From the human T2T-CHM13v2.0 reference genome, Homo sapiens, in the NCBI RefSeq assembly GCF_009914755.1, contig NC_060941.1: a DNA stretch of 64,000 nucleotides; one strand, 5' to 3'. The notes below the pieces were generated by a model. The model saw only the letters and a program-made list of their open reading frames with translations. It searched no databases and was not told the origin of the DNA. The position numbers were made by a program, and so were the translations under genes. Positions within the stretch are counted from its first letter, which is position 1; each line of letters starts with the position of its first letter. Shown in pieces: positions 31,401 to 46,981 of this stretch.

Positions 31401-32904
31401 CAGGGTCAAGGGACTACAGCAGGATGCTTTTGACTTCCTCTTCCTCAAGGCCAGGGCCTGAGTCTTCCCTTGGGCTCAGCCTCTCTTCCTTTGGCACTGC
31501 CAGTCACATTCTCCCTTTCCAGGCCATAGTATGGCATTGCCATCTGTCAACTCTCCCTACACCTTGAAACTCAGACTTTGCACAGGGTATAATGGGGGCC
31601 ATCTCGATTTGTGAATTTTTAGGAAAAGTTCTTTGGGTAATCTCCTTTGGCTGGAGATTGAGAATGAATTCCAGGCAAGTCTGTTAGGATTGCACTGGGT
31701 ACAGGTAACAGAAAACCCACATCATATTATAAGATAGGAGCTTATTTCTCCTTGCAGAACAAGAAATACAAAGGGGGCCATTTAGAAAGGGTAGTTCCCT
31801 CAGAGATCCAGGCTCTTTCCACCTCTCCGCACAGCCCCCAGCTTTCTCCTGCAGTTGTCTTTTCTGGTCCCTGGCCTCCTCTGTGCTGTCACGCGCATTT
31901 CAGAGGGCTGTCGCAAGGACCAAGGGATTCGACACGTATGAGAGAGTGTGGATGTGCTAAGGAGTTTGCAGGAGTTGGCACGGGGCAGCTACTGCTGAAG
32001 AATACTCTGCCTTGGGCAGCCCCTTTGGGACCCTGATTGCCTCCCTTCCTAGAACAATGATCTGCTGGTGGGGAAACACAAGTCAGCCCGCTGCCTCCAT
32101 AAACCAGAGGAATAGGTCAGATTCTTGCAGAATCTCAGAAAGATTTGGAAACCCAGGAGCAAGCATCAGCTCATGTTGAACCAAAGAGTGGGCCCTTAGG
32201 AAGCGTCTGCCGCACCCAGCAGACACAGTGGCCCTGCCATTACCGGGGACGGCCCTCACTCCGCCAGACCTCAGCTGGTGCCAGCCCAGGCAGCTAAGCG
32301 GGTCACCGGCTGTGGGGGAGAACAATGCACCATCCTGACTCCACCCAGAGTCTGCTCTGGGTCGGCCGCTGCCAAGATAAAGACAACCTGGGCCAATGAG
32401 GGTGTCCACGTGTGACTTGGCTCTGAACGTGCAGTGACCGAGCAACCTTTGGTGACCTCCCTTCAGCCAAATCCAAGGATCCAGAAGTTACTGGTGCACA
32501 GCTGTGTTCCATCAGCTCGGAGGGGAGAATGTCTTGGCATGAATCTTAGGATTACCAGCTGGCTAAGGGAGGTCAGCCGGCCTGAGGCCCTGATGCTCAC
32601 GCTTGCATCAGGGGCTTCGAAGACAGTAGGAGCCTGTGCTGTGGCCCTTTGCATTCGCACGGCCGACTTAGAGGCACTGCCCATGCTCCATCTCCCTTCC
32701 TACCATGGACGAATTTAAGAGACCATAGGGAAAGGTCAGAGACCCTCTCCAGCCTCCCCTCCTCGCCGCCGCCTCTTCTGCACATCTCCATGGGCCGTCA
32801 AGGCTGGATCTTTTCTTACTGTCGAGAGAGACAAACAACAGAGAATGAACTTGAATTTAGGGTACATCTAAGAAGACAATTTCCTAACAAAAGGCATTGC
32901 TTCT

Positions 32905-33223
<319 letters not shown>

Positions 33224-34798
33224 CTATAAGAAGCAGCAGCAAGACTGGAGCAGTTCCATCAGCCTACAGGCAGGGAGCCCTGTAGGCTGCCCCCGTGCCA
33301 GGGCCTGTGCCCCCACCCTCCTCCCACCTGATGGGGGCACCCCCAGCCCCGGGACCCTCACTCTGAGTGATTCCAGGAGGTTTTGCATGTCCAGACACAA
33401 CTTCAACAAACAATTCCTCACATTCTTCTCTTCTCCACCTTCCTCCCTCCCTCCTCTTCCTAATTCTCCTCATTGGCCACTCCTGGGCCCGAGGCCGGCT
33501 GGGCTGGGAGAGGTCGTGTTTTGAGCCACAGACTCCCGTGCTCACGCCCAGCAGTGCTTGCTGGGAAGTTCTAATCTGGCTGCTTCAGAGCCTCTGCTCT
33601 CACTTGCATTCTTGGGTTTTTTGGTCCTTTTGGAGGAGGAACAGATTAGCAGCCACGAGGGGACACCTGGAATTGCTGCCGGACGCCTTACTGCAGACGA
33701 CTCCCCACTTCCAGCCTCCAGGATGGGGCATGGGCAGGACATTTGCCTTCTTCCTTCGGTGTTCCCCTTCCCCACCACACTCTGAGGCCACCGCCTAGCT
33801 TCAGGGAGGCAGGACTTAGCAGGGAACGCTGGTGTCCTGTGCCTACAGGTATAGCTGTTCTTGCCCTGAGCATCTGTGTTGGTGGGACATCCTCCTGAGG
33901 TCCTGTGGCTACTCTCTTACCAGAATTGGCTTCTTGGGACACAGCGACAGAGCCTCCGTGAAGCATGACAGGGTGGGCAACCCCACCTCTCCACCCTTTC
34001 AAGCCCAGGAGGAGGGTGGGGGGCCTGCTCTGTGGAGCCGTAGTTGCTGGCTTGAGAATCCCGGGCCTTGCTTCAGCTCCCAGCCTGGCCGTTCCCTTCC
34101 TGTGAGGCTCTGGGAGTTTCCTTTACCTCTCCCGTCTTTGTTTGCACATTTAATCAGGGCTTTAAGCTAAATGATCACCGTGACCCTCTCTAGTGCTACA
34201 GTTTATGGGTTTTGTGATTCAGAAGGCTGCCTGGCTGCAAAGTAGGGTCAGGTGTTGGGGGGCAGCAGCTGGGGGAGCCACCCCTCCCTGTGACTCCCTC
34301 TAACCTGGCAAACCCCAGAGCTTCACCAGGCCTCAAACCCCACTCCTCCCATGCCCTGGGTTGGCAAGAAAACTTGGGGGCAGGGAGCTGGTTGAGGACA
34401 GAGTGAAAACGCATAAGCCGACCCTGTCAAGGGAAGGTGTATCCCCCGATCCTGACTCCTCCACCCAGGCGTGATGAGGGCTACGGGCTCTGCCTTCCCG
34501 AGAAGGTATTTGAAAGCCTTCCTCCTGGGCTTCCAAAGGGCTTCTGCATTTCACTTTCCTGCTGCCAAAGCAGTCTCTTCAGGTCGGTCCATTTTGGTTT
34601 TTATTCTCCGTTTCCAGGTAGGTGGGTGGCCAGTGTCAGAGCTTCCGGAGTGCGTTTGGGCTTGGCTGGGCCTGCTCCCCATCGCTGCTCTTCCTCCAGG
34701 GCAGGGTCCATGGAGGCAGCCCTGGGTAGGGAAGGCTCTGCGGGGATGCACTGGCTGCTTCCCCCTTGTCTGACCCTCCCATTTTGTGTTCTCTGCAG

Positions 34799-34948
34799 CC
34801 TGTGATTGCCACCCTGTGGGTGCTGCTGGCAAAACCTGCAACCAAACCACCGGCCAGTGTCCCTGCAAGGACGGCGTGACGGGTATCACCTGCAACCGCT
34901 GCGCCAAAGGCTACCAGCAGAGCCGCTCTCCCATCGCCCCCTGCATAA
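34799..34948 (+). CDS. NTN1: Netrin-1 coding exon (exon 4), laminin-type EGF domain V-3, 150 nt, phase 1/1
   Basis: Acceptor ttttgtgttctctgcag|CC; donor TAA|gtatgt; encodes (A)[49 protein letters not shown]. Confidence 0.98.
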
Positions 34949-35025
34949 GTATGTGTGGGGCACCCTGCTTTTCAAGTCTCTGGCTTTGTGGGGGACAGTG
35001 AGCTTTTGAGGATGCTAGTCACTGA

Positions 35026-35463
<438 letters not shown>

Positions 35464-36897
35464 TGAGGCTGTCTATCCTGACAAACACTGAGTCTCCTGT
35501 TTCTGGGGAAAAGCAAGCCCCTCTCCTCAGCACTGGCCCCATTCTCACTGTCCACCTGGACCCTGGATCTGGGTGGGCCCATTCCAGGAGTGCTGTTGTC
35601 ACTATTGCCGGAATGCCGGCATTCCCTCTGCCCCTGGTGGGTTCAGAACAGAAAGGACGGACAGCCCGGGGCCTTCGAGAGGAGCTGGGCAGGGCTTCCA
35701 TGCACGGCACCTGTGTCCCTAATGAAGGATGATAGCAACCCTGAGGCGTTCCGTACAGCTGTTCGCAGGGGCTCGCTAATAGCAAATGACCAGGGTCCAA
35801 GCCTTGGTAGAGGGGGCTCAGCACCCATCCAGGGCAGAGCAGGTTGAAATAGCTTCACAACAACCTCCAATTGTCAGCCTCACAGTTTGTCAAAATCCTT
35901 CTGTCCATCCAGATTCTGCAAGGTGAACATTTTTAGACAGCTGGGAGGAAATCTGGGGTTCGGAAAACATGGGGGGAAAACTGAGGTCTCCCTTCAGGGA
36001 ATTAGGAGTTCTCAGGTTGCTCAGAAATGGTTGGAACCAACATTTCAAATTCCCAGGTGGAAAAATCAAGCCTAGACACGAGAGCTGGTGTTTCTGAATC
36101 AGAGGCTGAAGCCTTGGGAACTCTCATTTCCCAGCCTGTGCCTTCTCTCCTCCTCTAACAAAGGGCAGGCTGATGCCTGGCGAGAGCATTGTCCCTCCTT
36201 GGACAACCTGGGGCTCCGTCCTGGAATTTTCGCTTGCTCTTCCCAAGGGAAGAGCTACAGGTGCCCAGACAGTTCCTGGGGGACTCGTGCCCTGTTTTGT
36301 CCCAGCTTGGGCAGCCATGGACCCTGTGTGTGTATCCCAGAGCCAGGCTGACCTCAGGCACTGAGGTTGGGTGGTCACAATGACTCTGTGGCCATTGGCT
36401 TCGGCTCCATTTGTGGACTTGCAGGATTAGACTGGACCATTCAGATGTTGCCTCCAGATTGTTCCTGCTGGGACCAGGTGGCTTTTTAGGGCCAACTTCC
36501 TAATAACCCATTGTGACAGGGCACCTATGGTTTGTTGTTGCTGATACAGTTGCCTGGGAGCAAGATTTGACCCCAAATTGAGGGCTGTGTCCCCCACTTG
36601 TTCTTCCTAAAGGAGCAGAGGATGCCTCCGGTGCCTCTCAGATTTGCCCCCGGCCTGAGTAGCCCATGTCCATCCACCAAGCCTCAAGTCCTAGCTCATC
36701 TAGAATCTAGGGAGTCAGAGTTTTACCGCAAAGAATCAGATGGTGGCTAGAGTCAGTGGGGTTCATGGTCACTCACCAGGGGAAGTGAGTCCCTTCCTCT
36801 TAGGGACTCCTGGTCCATGGTTTGGCCTTGTTCAGAAAGAGGAAGCCTGAGCTTCAGTGCCAGGCTGCTGAACCGATGAGCAGTGGGGACTGGCTGA

Positions 36898-37270
<373 letters not shown>

Positions 37271-37902
37271 AGAGTGCTATATTAGATAGAGAATAATCAA
37301 AACGATCACATGCTTTTATGAGGCCCTTGGATCTGCACTCTCAGTCCCATTCTGCCCATTAAGAAAATGCCTTAGCGCTTGAGATGTGAGGCTGTAGGAA
37401 CCTGGGCCGTGCTGCCAACACTTCTCTGCACGTGGGAGAAACCTTTCCCTTTGGGCAGGTTCCCAGCCCCTTGCGTGCTATCCTGCCATGGATCCTTCTC
37501 CACCTGTGAGTTGAGCTTAGAGATGAGCAGGGCCCAGGTAGCCACATCACGATGAGCAGAGTGGCCTGGGGAAGCCTCTCTCCATACCCGCAAGGGTGGA
37601 GCTGAGTTGACGCCAGGCCCAGGGGGTGGGGGCAAGGCCAGGCTCTGTGTTGCCGCCTCACTCCTGCCTTCTCTCCACACCCCCCTGCCAGGTGAAAGGA
37701 GAAAAACGCCACGTGCCCAGGATGCCGCTGCCAGCTTCTGCTCTTCTGACTTTTCTCCTCTTGAGCCAAGGAGTGGGAAACGGAGGGGAGGGTCCCAGGA
37801 AGTTGGGAGGAGTCTGTGCTGGGCTCATTCTAAAGTCAAAAAATCATGTCGTCTTACCTTGTTTTCTCTCCTCCCCTCGCCCCCGTCTTGAACCTCAAAA
37901 AG

Positions 37903-37956
37903 AGATCCCTGTAGCGCCGCCGACGACTGCAGCCAGCAGCGTGGAGGAGCCTGAAG
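37903..37956 (+). CDS. NTN1: Netrin-1 coding exon (exon 5), linker between domain V and the C-terminal NTR domain, 54 nt, phase 1/1
   Basis: Acceptor cctcaaaaag|AG; donor AAG|gtaaac; this AG restores the known sequence (K)IPVAPPTTAASSVEEPE(D). Confidence 0.95.
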
Positions 37957-40900
37957 GTAAACCGCCCCCTTCGCTTCTCATTTCCCGCTTTTGCTGGGTG
38001 GTGGGGTGGTGGGGTGGGTTAATGGGGAAGGGGCATTGGAAAGCCCAGACTCCTCTAACCACTGTCCGGGCTCTGCTCCGTATGAGTGGCATCCTGGGTT
38101 GCATTGAAGAAGCTGGAGCTATAGGACACTATTTTGTGGCTTTCCCTCTGAGAATCAAATGGAGGAGATTTTAATGATGCCTCTCTCCCAAGCCTGGAAC
38201 CCTAAAAACTGAGCTCCTTCTACTTGTCCAACAGCTGCCCGCCAGCCCAACACCTTCCAGGCTGAGGGGTTGTCACTCCTTCCTGGGGCTGCAGAGAAGG
38301 AAGGAGCCAGATGCTGGGGATACAGAAGGAGGCTTGGGCACAGGGGCGCACAAGCAGAATGCAGGGGGCCCAGGAGCCGGGCGTGGGGGAGAATCACATC
38401 TTCATTTTCATTTGCCTCTAACTAAAAATTTAGCATTTCCTCCATGGCAAAGAGAGGCCGCAGACCGCAGCATGCGGCCAAGCCTGCACCGTGGTCACTG
38501 GCGGAAGTCACAGCGGTTTACACATCACATTCTAGCTGGTGCAGATATCATAAATATCGTTCATGCTGGTTATTGCTTCTCAAAACGACAGAAGTTACTA
38601 GACCTGCTGCTAGATCCTGATTTATAATCATTAATAAAGAAGCACTCGCGTAACGTAACCATACCATCAATCTGGGTCTTTAAAGATATTTGGGCAGCGG
38701 CATTTCAGTATTATTAATTTCCTTTGTAGACCTGTATATTTTATTTTAGCATGGGGAAATGTTTGTCTGAGGAAGGGTCCACAGGCTTCACCAGTCCTTG
38801 GCACAAGAAATGTTGCATAGCTCTGGCTGTCGGCACTCAGAGTGTACCGAGCCCTGCCAGATGCCCTGCTGAGAGCATCTCAGGCCTGCACCCAGAGTCC
38901 TGGTCCTGGGATCACACAGGACTTTTGTGTACTGGTACTTGGGGTAGAAGAGGGCAGAAAGTGACAGTGGGGCACCCCAGCATGGACATTCATGCTGGTG
39001 CTGGGGACTCTTTGCCTCCCCCAGAAAGGACTGTAGCGAGGGATGGGGGAGCTTGCAAACCCATGTGGCCCCCTGAATATTTTAGGATACGGACTGGATT
39101 TTGGAGAGTATTGGCAGTGCGCTGGAAACTTGAGGGAAGACAGATTCGGCACTTGCACAGGCATGGTCCACAGCCAGCAAACAGGAAAGGACAGAAATGC
39201 GTTTCAGGGAGTGCCAGAGGCAGCTCTGGGAAAGCCAAAGACAGTTGAGTCTTGCGTTGTTTGCAGAGCCTTTAGGGACTTTTGGTTGAGCCCCATGCAG
39301 GGGAAATGGCGAAGAGAAGGGATTGAAGGAAGCAGCATGACAGGGAGACTGGATGACAGAGCTAAGGTGGGAGATGAGGAAGCTCTCTCTGTCACAGCAC
39401 AATTCAAAGGAACATCCTAAATTACTTCAGCTCTAGGGGAGAGCAGTTTTGAAGGTAGAAGACACTTAAATGAAACTTCGATTCTTGCTCTCTTTGATGT
39501 GACATTTGTCCTTGCCTAACTGAGACTCACCTGGACAAGATTTTAAGGCTGTGCACACCGCGGGGGGCTGAGGCTTCCGAGCAGGGGCTGTGTGACAGCT
39601 CATGCAAGGGCAAGACAGACCTCAATGATCTATCTCTCCATCTCCGTCTTTGTCTCTCACTCCCCCCATTTCTCTAGTCCTTGTAGCTTGACTTTGAGTT
39701 TCTCACAAACCCACAAACCCTTGATTTTGAATTTTTCCCCTTCCAAGTCAGAAATGGGCAAATGGGGAAAAATGTGGAGGGGAGGGATCTCATGAGGTTT
39801 CTACATAGGCTACAAGAAGCTGGTATAAAACTTCCGAGGTTCTTGGCTCCGCCAGACAAAAGATTCCGGAGCAGCCGCTTATAAACACTGGCAGCCTCCT
39901 TTTTTGAAATGTCTTCTTTGAGTTGTTTAACTTTTCGGACTGCTTTTGATTTTGTTACTGTTTATTTCCTTTCCTCATTCTGAACCTTTAAAAGCATGGT
40001 TTAAACCGAAGCGAGCAGTAAATAAACACCCTTATAAAATATCTTCCTCAGAGAGAGGCTGAGTGAGCAGGTTGGAAGCCTGTAGCAATGTTTGTAGCTT
40101 TGACCAGACCTGCGCTGCCCTACTCTGGGGGTCCTCGGATGCCCAGGGTGTCTGATGCTCTCCCCAGAGAACCGGAGCCATCTCTGGGACACAAGTGCTG
40201 GACCGTGGGGCCTCCTACCACAGGGAGGCTGGGTATGCCTTGTCTCAGCGTCTGAGACATTGCAGGCAGGAGGCCAGGAGGGCCCCCTGGGAAGCGGGGC
40301 CCGGGAGCTCAGCGCTCTCAAACCTGTCCACTCTTGCCGTGTTTGAATAGGGGAGGCCTCTGTGCCAGGCTGCCTGAGAAAAGCTTGTTTACTTTTGCCT
40401 GCGTACCAGAGGAGAATTAATAAGCTGAGAATTTGTTCTGAAAGCTGATGGACATAACCTTCCCCTGAACTCATCCCCTTGAAGGGCCAGCTCACTCAGG
40501 GAATGTTCTTTACCTGCTCACAAAGCTAGCTGGTAAGCCGTCATGGGGCAGGGAGGTGAGGAACGTAGTGTCTGTGGGGGTCTGGGGCCGGGTAGGCCAG
40601 GAGGGAAACAGGGAGGAAAGGAGAGAGGGACCACCCACTCAAAAAGGGCATGGTACCCAAGGCTCCCCTGGCACTCACCTACTTGTTGGTTGTAGAGACC
40701 TCAGCACTCAAGGAAAAAAGACACCTGCCTTCTCTCCCTGTACCACCCCTTCCCCACCTATCAACTCAAGGGGAGTTCTTGATTTGCAAATTGTTTGTTT
40801 GGTTTTGTGGTGGCCATTTGGTTTGGTGGGAGGAGTCTGGTATGGAGCCAGGAGACCTGGGGTTTGCCCTGCACTGACTCTGAGGACTTGGACAATGCAA

Positions 40901-41949
40901 TGGCGTCTCCTTTCTGCCTTCTGGAAGAATGAAGGGGTGGACCCAGTGCTCCACAGGCCCTTCCCTCCCTGGCTGGCTGTGGCAGGAGTGAGCTCCTCCT
41001 GCTGGGGTTTCCTCTTCAGAGGCACCTGCTTGTTCTCGGTCCGCCCCTGAGGATCCACTTCTCCCACATCCCAGGCAGAGGCCTGTGGGCGGAGGTGCTG
41101 GTAAGTATTTAGCAACTGCCTGGGGCAGGAGGTGGGGCCAATGTGTAGCATCTGCCACTTCCCTTGGTGTCAATACTCCCTCCCTGGCTGGTTTCTGGCT
41201 ACCCAATGAGATGTCATTGAATGTGAAGTTGGGAGAGGTGCATGACTGGCCCTCAGAGCCCTTGGCAGCTGATTCCACCTCACCACTGCCCATGGGCCTT
41301 CCAGCAGAAACAGAGCAAAGAGGTCCAGAGGCAAGAAAGGCTGCCTTTGATGGCCTCCTTGGTTTGAGGGATCACAGCTGCCTTTGCGTGGAAGCTGGAC
41401 CCAGGGCTCTGGGGTTACAGGAGCATGGAGCCAGCCAACTTCTGGGCTCCCTCCACCTCCCAACAGGGATCCCGGGTCCTCTCTCCTAACTCTGTCTTCA
41501 CGAGGCACTCACCCCATCGGGGCCTTACCTGGTACCTTTGGCTAACTGCCCCAGCAGCCCCAGCCTGGGGTGGGAGTGGCTGCCAAGGGCACCCTTGCAC
41601 ATTACCTTGATGGTAGTCTGAAAGGAAAACTCCACAGAGCCCGGCAGCTGAACCTCTCCGAGAAGCTCCACACTCAGGTGCTACCAGGCCTGTGTGGTGG
41701 GGGTGGGGGTTGACCTTAGAGAAGTCACTTCCGGTGGCCTCTCGGCACCTCCACTTTTTCACGGAAGGAAGTTGGGTTTATGTAGACCTGCAGCCTGGAT
41801 AAGCATGGATTATTCTCTTGTTTAGGCTTTTGTTTGCCAAGATAGGGAATAGGTTGGGTGAATACAGGAAAATGAGTTGATGGGACTTGAATGCGGCATT
41901 AGCGAGGGGTTGTGGGGAGGGAGAAGAGGGAGAAAAGGGCACTAAAATG

Positions 41950-42100
41950 GGCACCTGAGGGCTACTTGATCCCTCTCTCGGATTCTTCATTTGTGAAATG
42001 GGGTAATCGCAACCCTGCCACTAGGGCTGTTGTGAGGATTAAATGGGATGATCTCAGTAAAGCCTGTGACTCAGTGGAGGGACTGTTCAAAGTTCTTGAT
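41950..42100 (+). mobile_element. MIR fragment
   Basis: TCATTTGTGAAATGGGG...GGCTGTTGTGAGGATTAAATG. Confidence 0.7.
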
Positions 42101-42444
42101 TAAAAAAACAATACATTGACATGAAAAATACAAATGCCATGGTATAATGAGAGGTTGAGCCAGCTTCTCCATCCAGAAAGGCGGGATTGGGGTGGGAGTT
42201 GCTGGCGTGAGGACAGGCGTGGAGAGTCAGCTTGATTGGGCTTTTGAAGACCTTGGGAAGTCACAAGTTGGACTGCCCGAGGCAGGGAGCAACTGAGGCA
42301 ACTGCATGGTGGGCTTGTCACAGCCTTCCAGCAGCTCATGGTAGAGCCTGAACCAAGCAGAGAGGTAAGAACTAGAAACCAGTTAAAGGTCAAGAGCTTC
42401 ACTTCATGATAGCCAAAAGGTGGAAACAGCTCACCTGTCTATCA

Positions 42445-42827
<383 letters not shown>

Positions 42828-42987
42828 GAAATGAAGTTCTGACATGTGCTACAACACAGAAGAACCTTGAAAACATCATGCTGATTGAAAGAAGCCAGAC
42901 CCAAAGGCTGCATATCATATGATTCCATTTATCTGAAATGTCCGGCAAAAGCAAATCCAGAGACAGAAAGCAGATTAGAGGTTGCTA

Positions 42988-43440
<453 letters not shown>

Positions 43441-44069
43441 TTATATATATTTTGCCACAATTAAAAAAAAAAAAAAAAGTCAAGTGCTTTGGGTCAGAGT
43501 CCAAGGGTGAAGTGAGTCTGATTTGTCTGGGGCTGGGGTGAGTGTCCTGGAGACAAGGCACTGGAGCATAGGCAGCAATGGGGGACATGCTTGTCTTCCT
43601 GTCGCCTCACTGGGAACCTTTGAAGGGGATGGCGGAAGTCGTCTGTCGTCTTCCAGCCCTTTAGCTGTGGGTGTATGGCTTCGAGTTCTGGCTGCACAGC
43701 CTGACCCTCTCTCCCCTTTTGGAGTCATCTTAGAAGGATCTGGTTCCTTGAGTCCCAGGTAGGGAGGCTTCAGTGCTCTTGGTATAGGAGAAAGGGAGCT
43801 GTGGGGTCCACAGAGGAGACCACTGACAGGAGGGGGGATCACTGGAGACCGTGCAGACAGCCCAGGCCACTGGTAAACAGGCCCAGTAATTGACCAAGGC
43901 ACTGGTTTCAAAGGGTGGTATGAAGTGGGATGTTAGGCTGTCCCAGGTTAGCCATTAGATAAATGACCAGTGAAGTCATTAACACACCATCAGATTACTG
44001 TTATCCCGAGAGAAGATTAGACCAGACCCAGAATAAAAGATAAATGGATTCTGGCTCAGGGAAGGAGGA

Positions 44070-44325
44070 GACAACATTTATATACATAAGATGCTTGCTC
44101 TGTGCTAGGCACTGTTTCAAATGCTCTACATTATTAACCATTTAATCATCTCTTCCACCCATGGAGCTAGGTACTGTCATCTCCCCCCGACCCCTGTTTT
44201 ACAGAGGAGTAAACTGAGGCACAGAGAGATGGGTGAGCCCTAGCAAGCAGCATCACTGGGATCCCGGCTGTGGTTGCCTGGGCGCAGAGTCTGTGAGTGC
44301 TGTTGGCCACCATGCCATTCCCACA
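44070..44325 (-). mobile_element. MIR
   Basis: TGTGCTAGGCACTGTT...TTTTACAGAGGAGTAAACTGAGGCACAGAGAG. Confidence 0.75.
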
Positions 44326-44334
44326 GAAGTTATG

Positions 44335-44631
44335 TTTTTGTTTGTTTGTTTGAGACGAAGTTTTGCTCTTTCGCCCAGGCTGTAGTGCAGTGGCACAATC
44401 TCAGCTCACTGCAACCTCCACCTTCCTGTTTCAAGCAATTCTCCTGCCTCAGCTTCCTGAGTAGCTGGGATTATAGGCACGTGCCACTACGCCTGGCTAA
44501 TTTTTGTATTTTTAGTAGAGACGGGGTTTCACCATGTTGGCCAGGCTGGTCTCGAACTCCTGACCTCATGATCTGCCCACCTCAGCCTCTCAAAGTGCTG
44601 GGATTACAGGGGTGAGCCACCATGCCCAGCC
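44335..44631 (-). mobile_element. Alu (S-type)
   Basis: Reverse dimer; TSD AAGTTATGTT. Confidence 0.95.
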
Positions 44632-45526
44632 AAAGTTATGTTGTTTGGTCAATTTTAGATAATTAAAAAAAAAAATCCTATGTAGTAACATCCTACTAGG
44701 AAAGAAGATAAACTCAAATATCCACTGAGTGGTGACCTGAAACCAAAGAGACATGGAGGGGCAGCCAGTCAAAAGCCACTGCCTTTTACAGGTGCCAGTT
44801 AAAGGGGTTCTGGTGAGTGTGGTTGTTTGGCTCATGGAGCTGGCATGACCAGGGCCACAGGTGGTGAGCACTAGAGAACAGTTAGCAGAGCTCAGACCCT
44901 TGGGTCACAAGGTAGCCAGGGTGAGACAGAGCAGACAAATCAGCTAATCCCAGAATGGGTGAGCATAAAGAAACCTAAAACCCCCACTGGCAAAGAATCA
45001 GCCGAAGATTGTTAGAACTAATAAGAGAATTCTATAAGGAGCCGTTAAACAATTAACGTACAAAGGTCAGCATGGCCTGTAGTAAGTACTCAGTGAATGC
45101 ATATCAGTTTTATGATAATGGAAACAAAATCTCAACTAGAATACCAGTAAAAATATGAAACACAGAAATAAATGTAGCAATAAAGTACAGCACATATGTA
45201 AAGAAAAGAACAAGACTTTTCCAAGGAACATGAAGAACAGAAGAAAAGGAGGGTCTTGCCACGTTCTGAGAAGACAAGACCCAAAATTGTAAAGCTATCA
45301 GTTCGCCCAGAAATAATCTGTATATTAGCATAATTCTAGTCAAAATCCCAATTACATGAAACACGATTCCTAAATTCAGCCAGAAAAATAAATGGGTGAG
45401 GATTGCCAATAATTTTTTTAAAAGAAGATTAATGGAGGGTGATTTGCCCTACCAGATATTTAAAGATATTGTAAACAGGATTATTTAAATGAGTGTGGTA
45501 CTGGTGTAGGAATAGAGAGATCACTA

Positions 45527-45879
<353 letters not shown>

Positions 45880-46120
45880 TTAGCATATGGTAAAGTTGTG
45901 ACTGTGAGTCAGTGCAGAAAAGAATGAATCAATCAGTAAATGGTCCTGGGAAAACCGGCTATTTATTTTAAAATAATAACAAAATATGCTGTATATCATC
46001 AATGGATTAAAGATTTATATACCTTCAGCATATGTCCTTAAATGTTCTAGAATAAAATATATATGAATATCAATGTAATATTGATGTGAGGAAGGCCTTT
46101 TAGACATGACACAAATGTCA

Positions 46121-46546
<426 letters not shown>

Positions 46547-46726
46547 TTAATGTCCTCAATAATAAAGAACTTTTACAGTTCAATAAGAGAGATATCCTAA
46601 TATGAAATCAGGCTAAAAAAGTGAACTAGAAATTTAGAGAATTTGTACAAATGGCAATATGCATAGGAAGCATTAAACTTACTAGTAATAAAAAATTAAC
46701 AGGAATACTCTTTTAAAAGCTTATTA

Positions 46727-46981
<255 letters not shown>

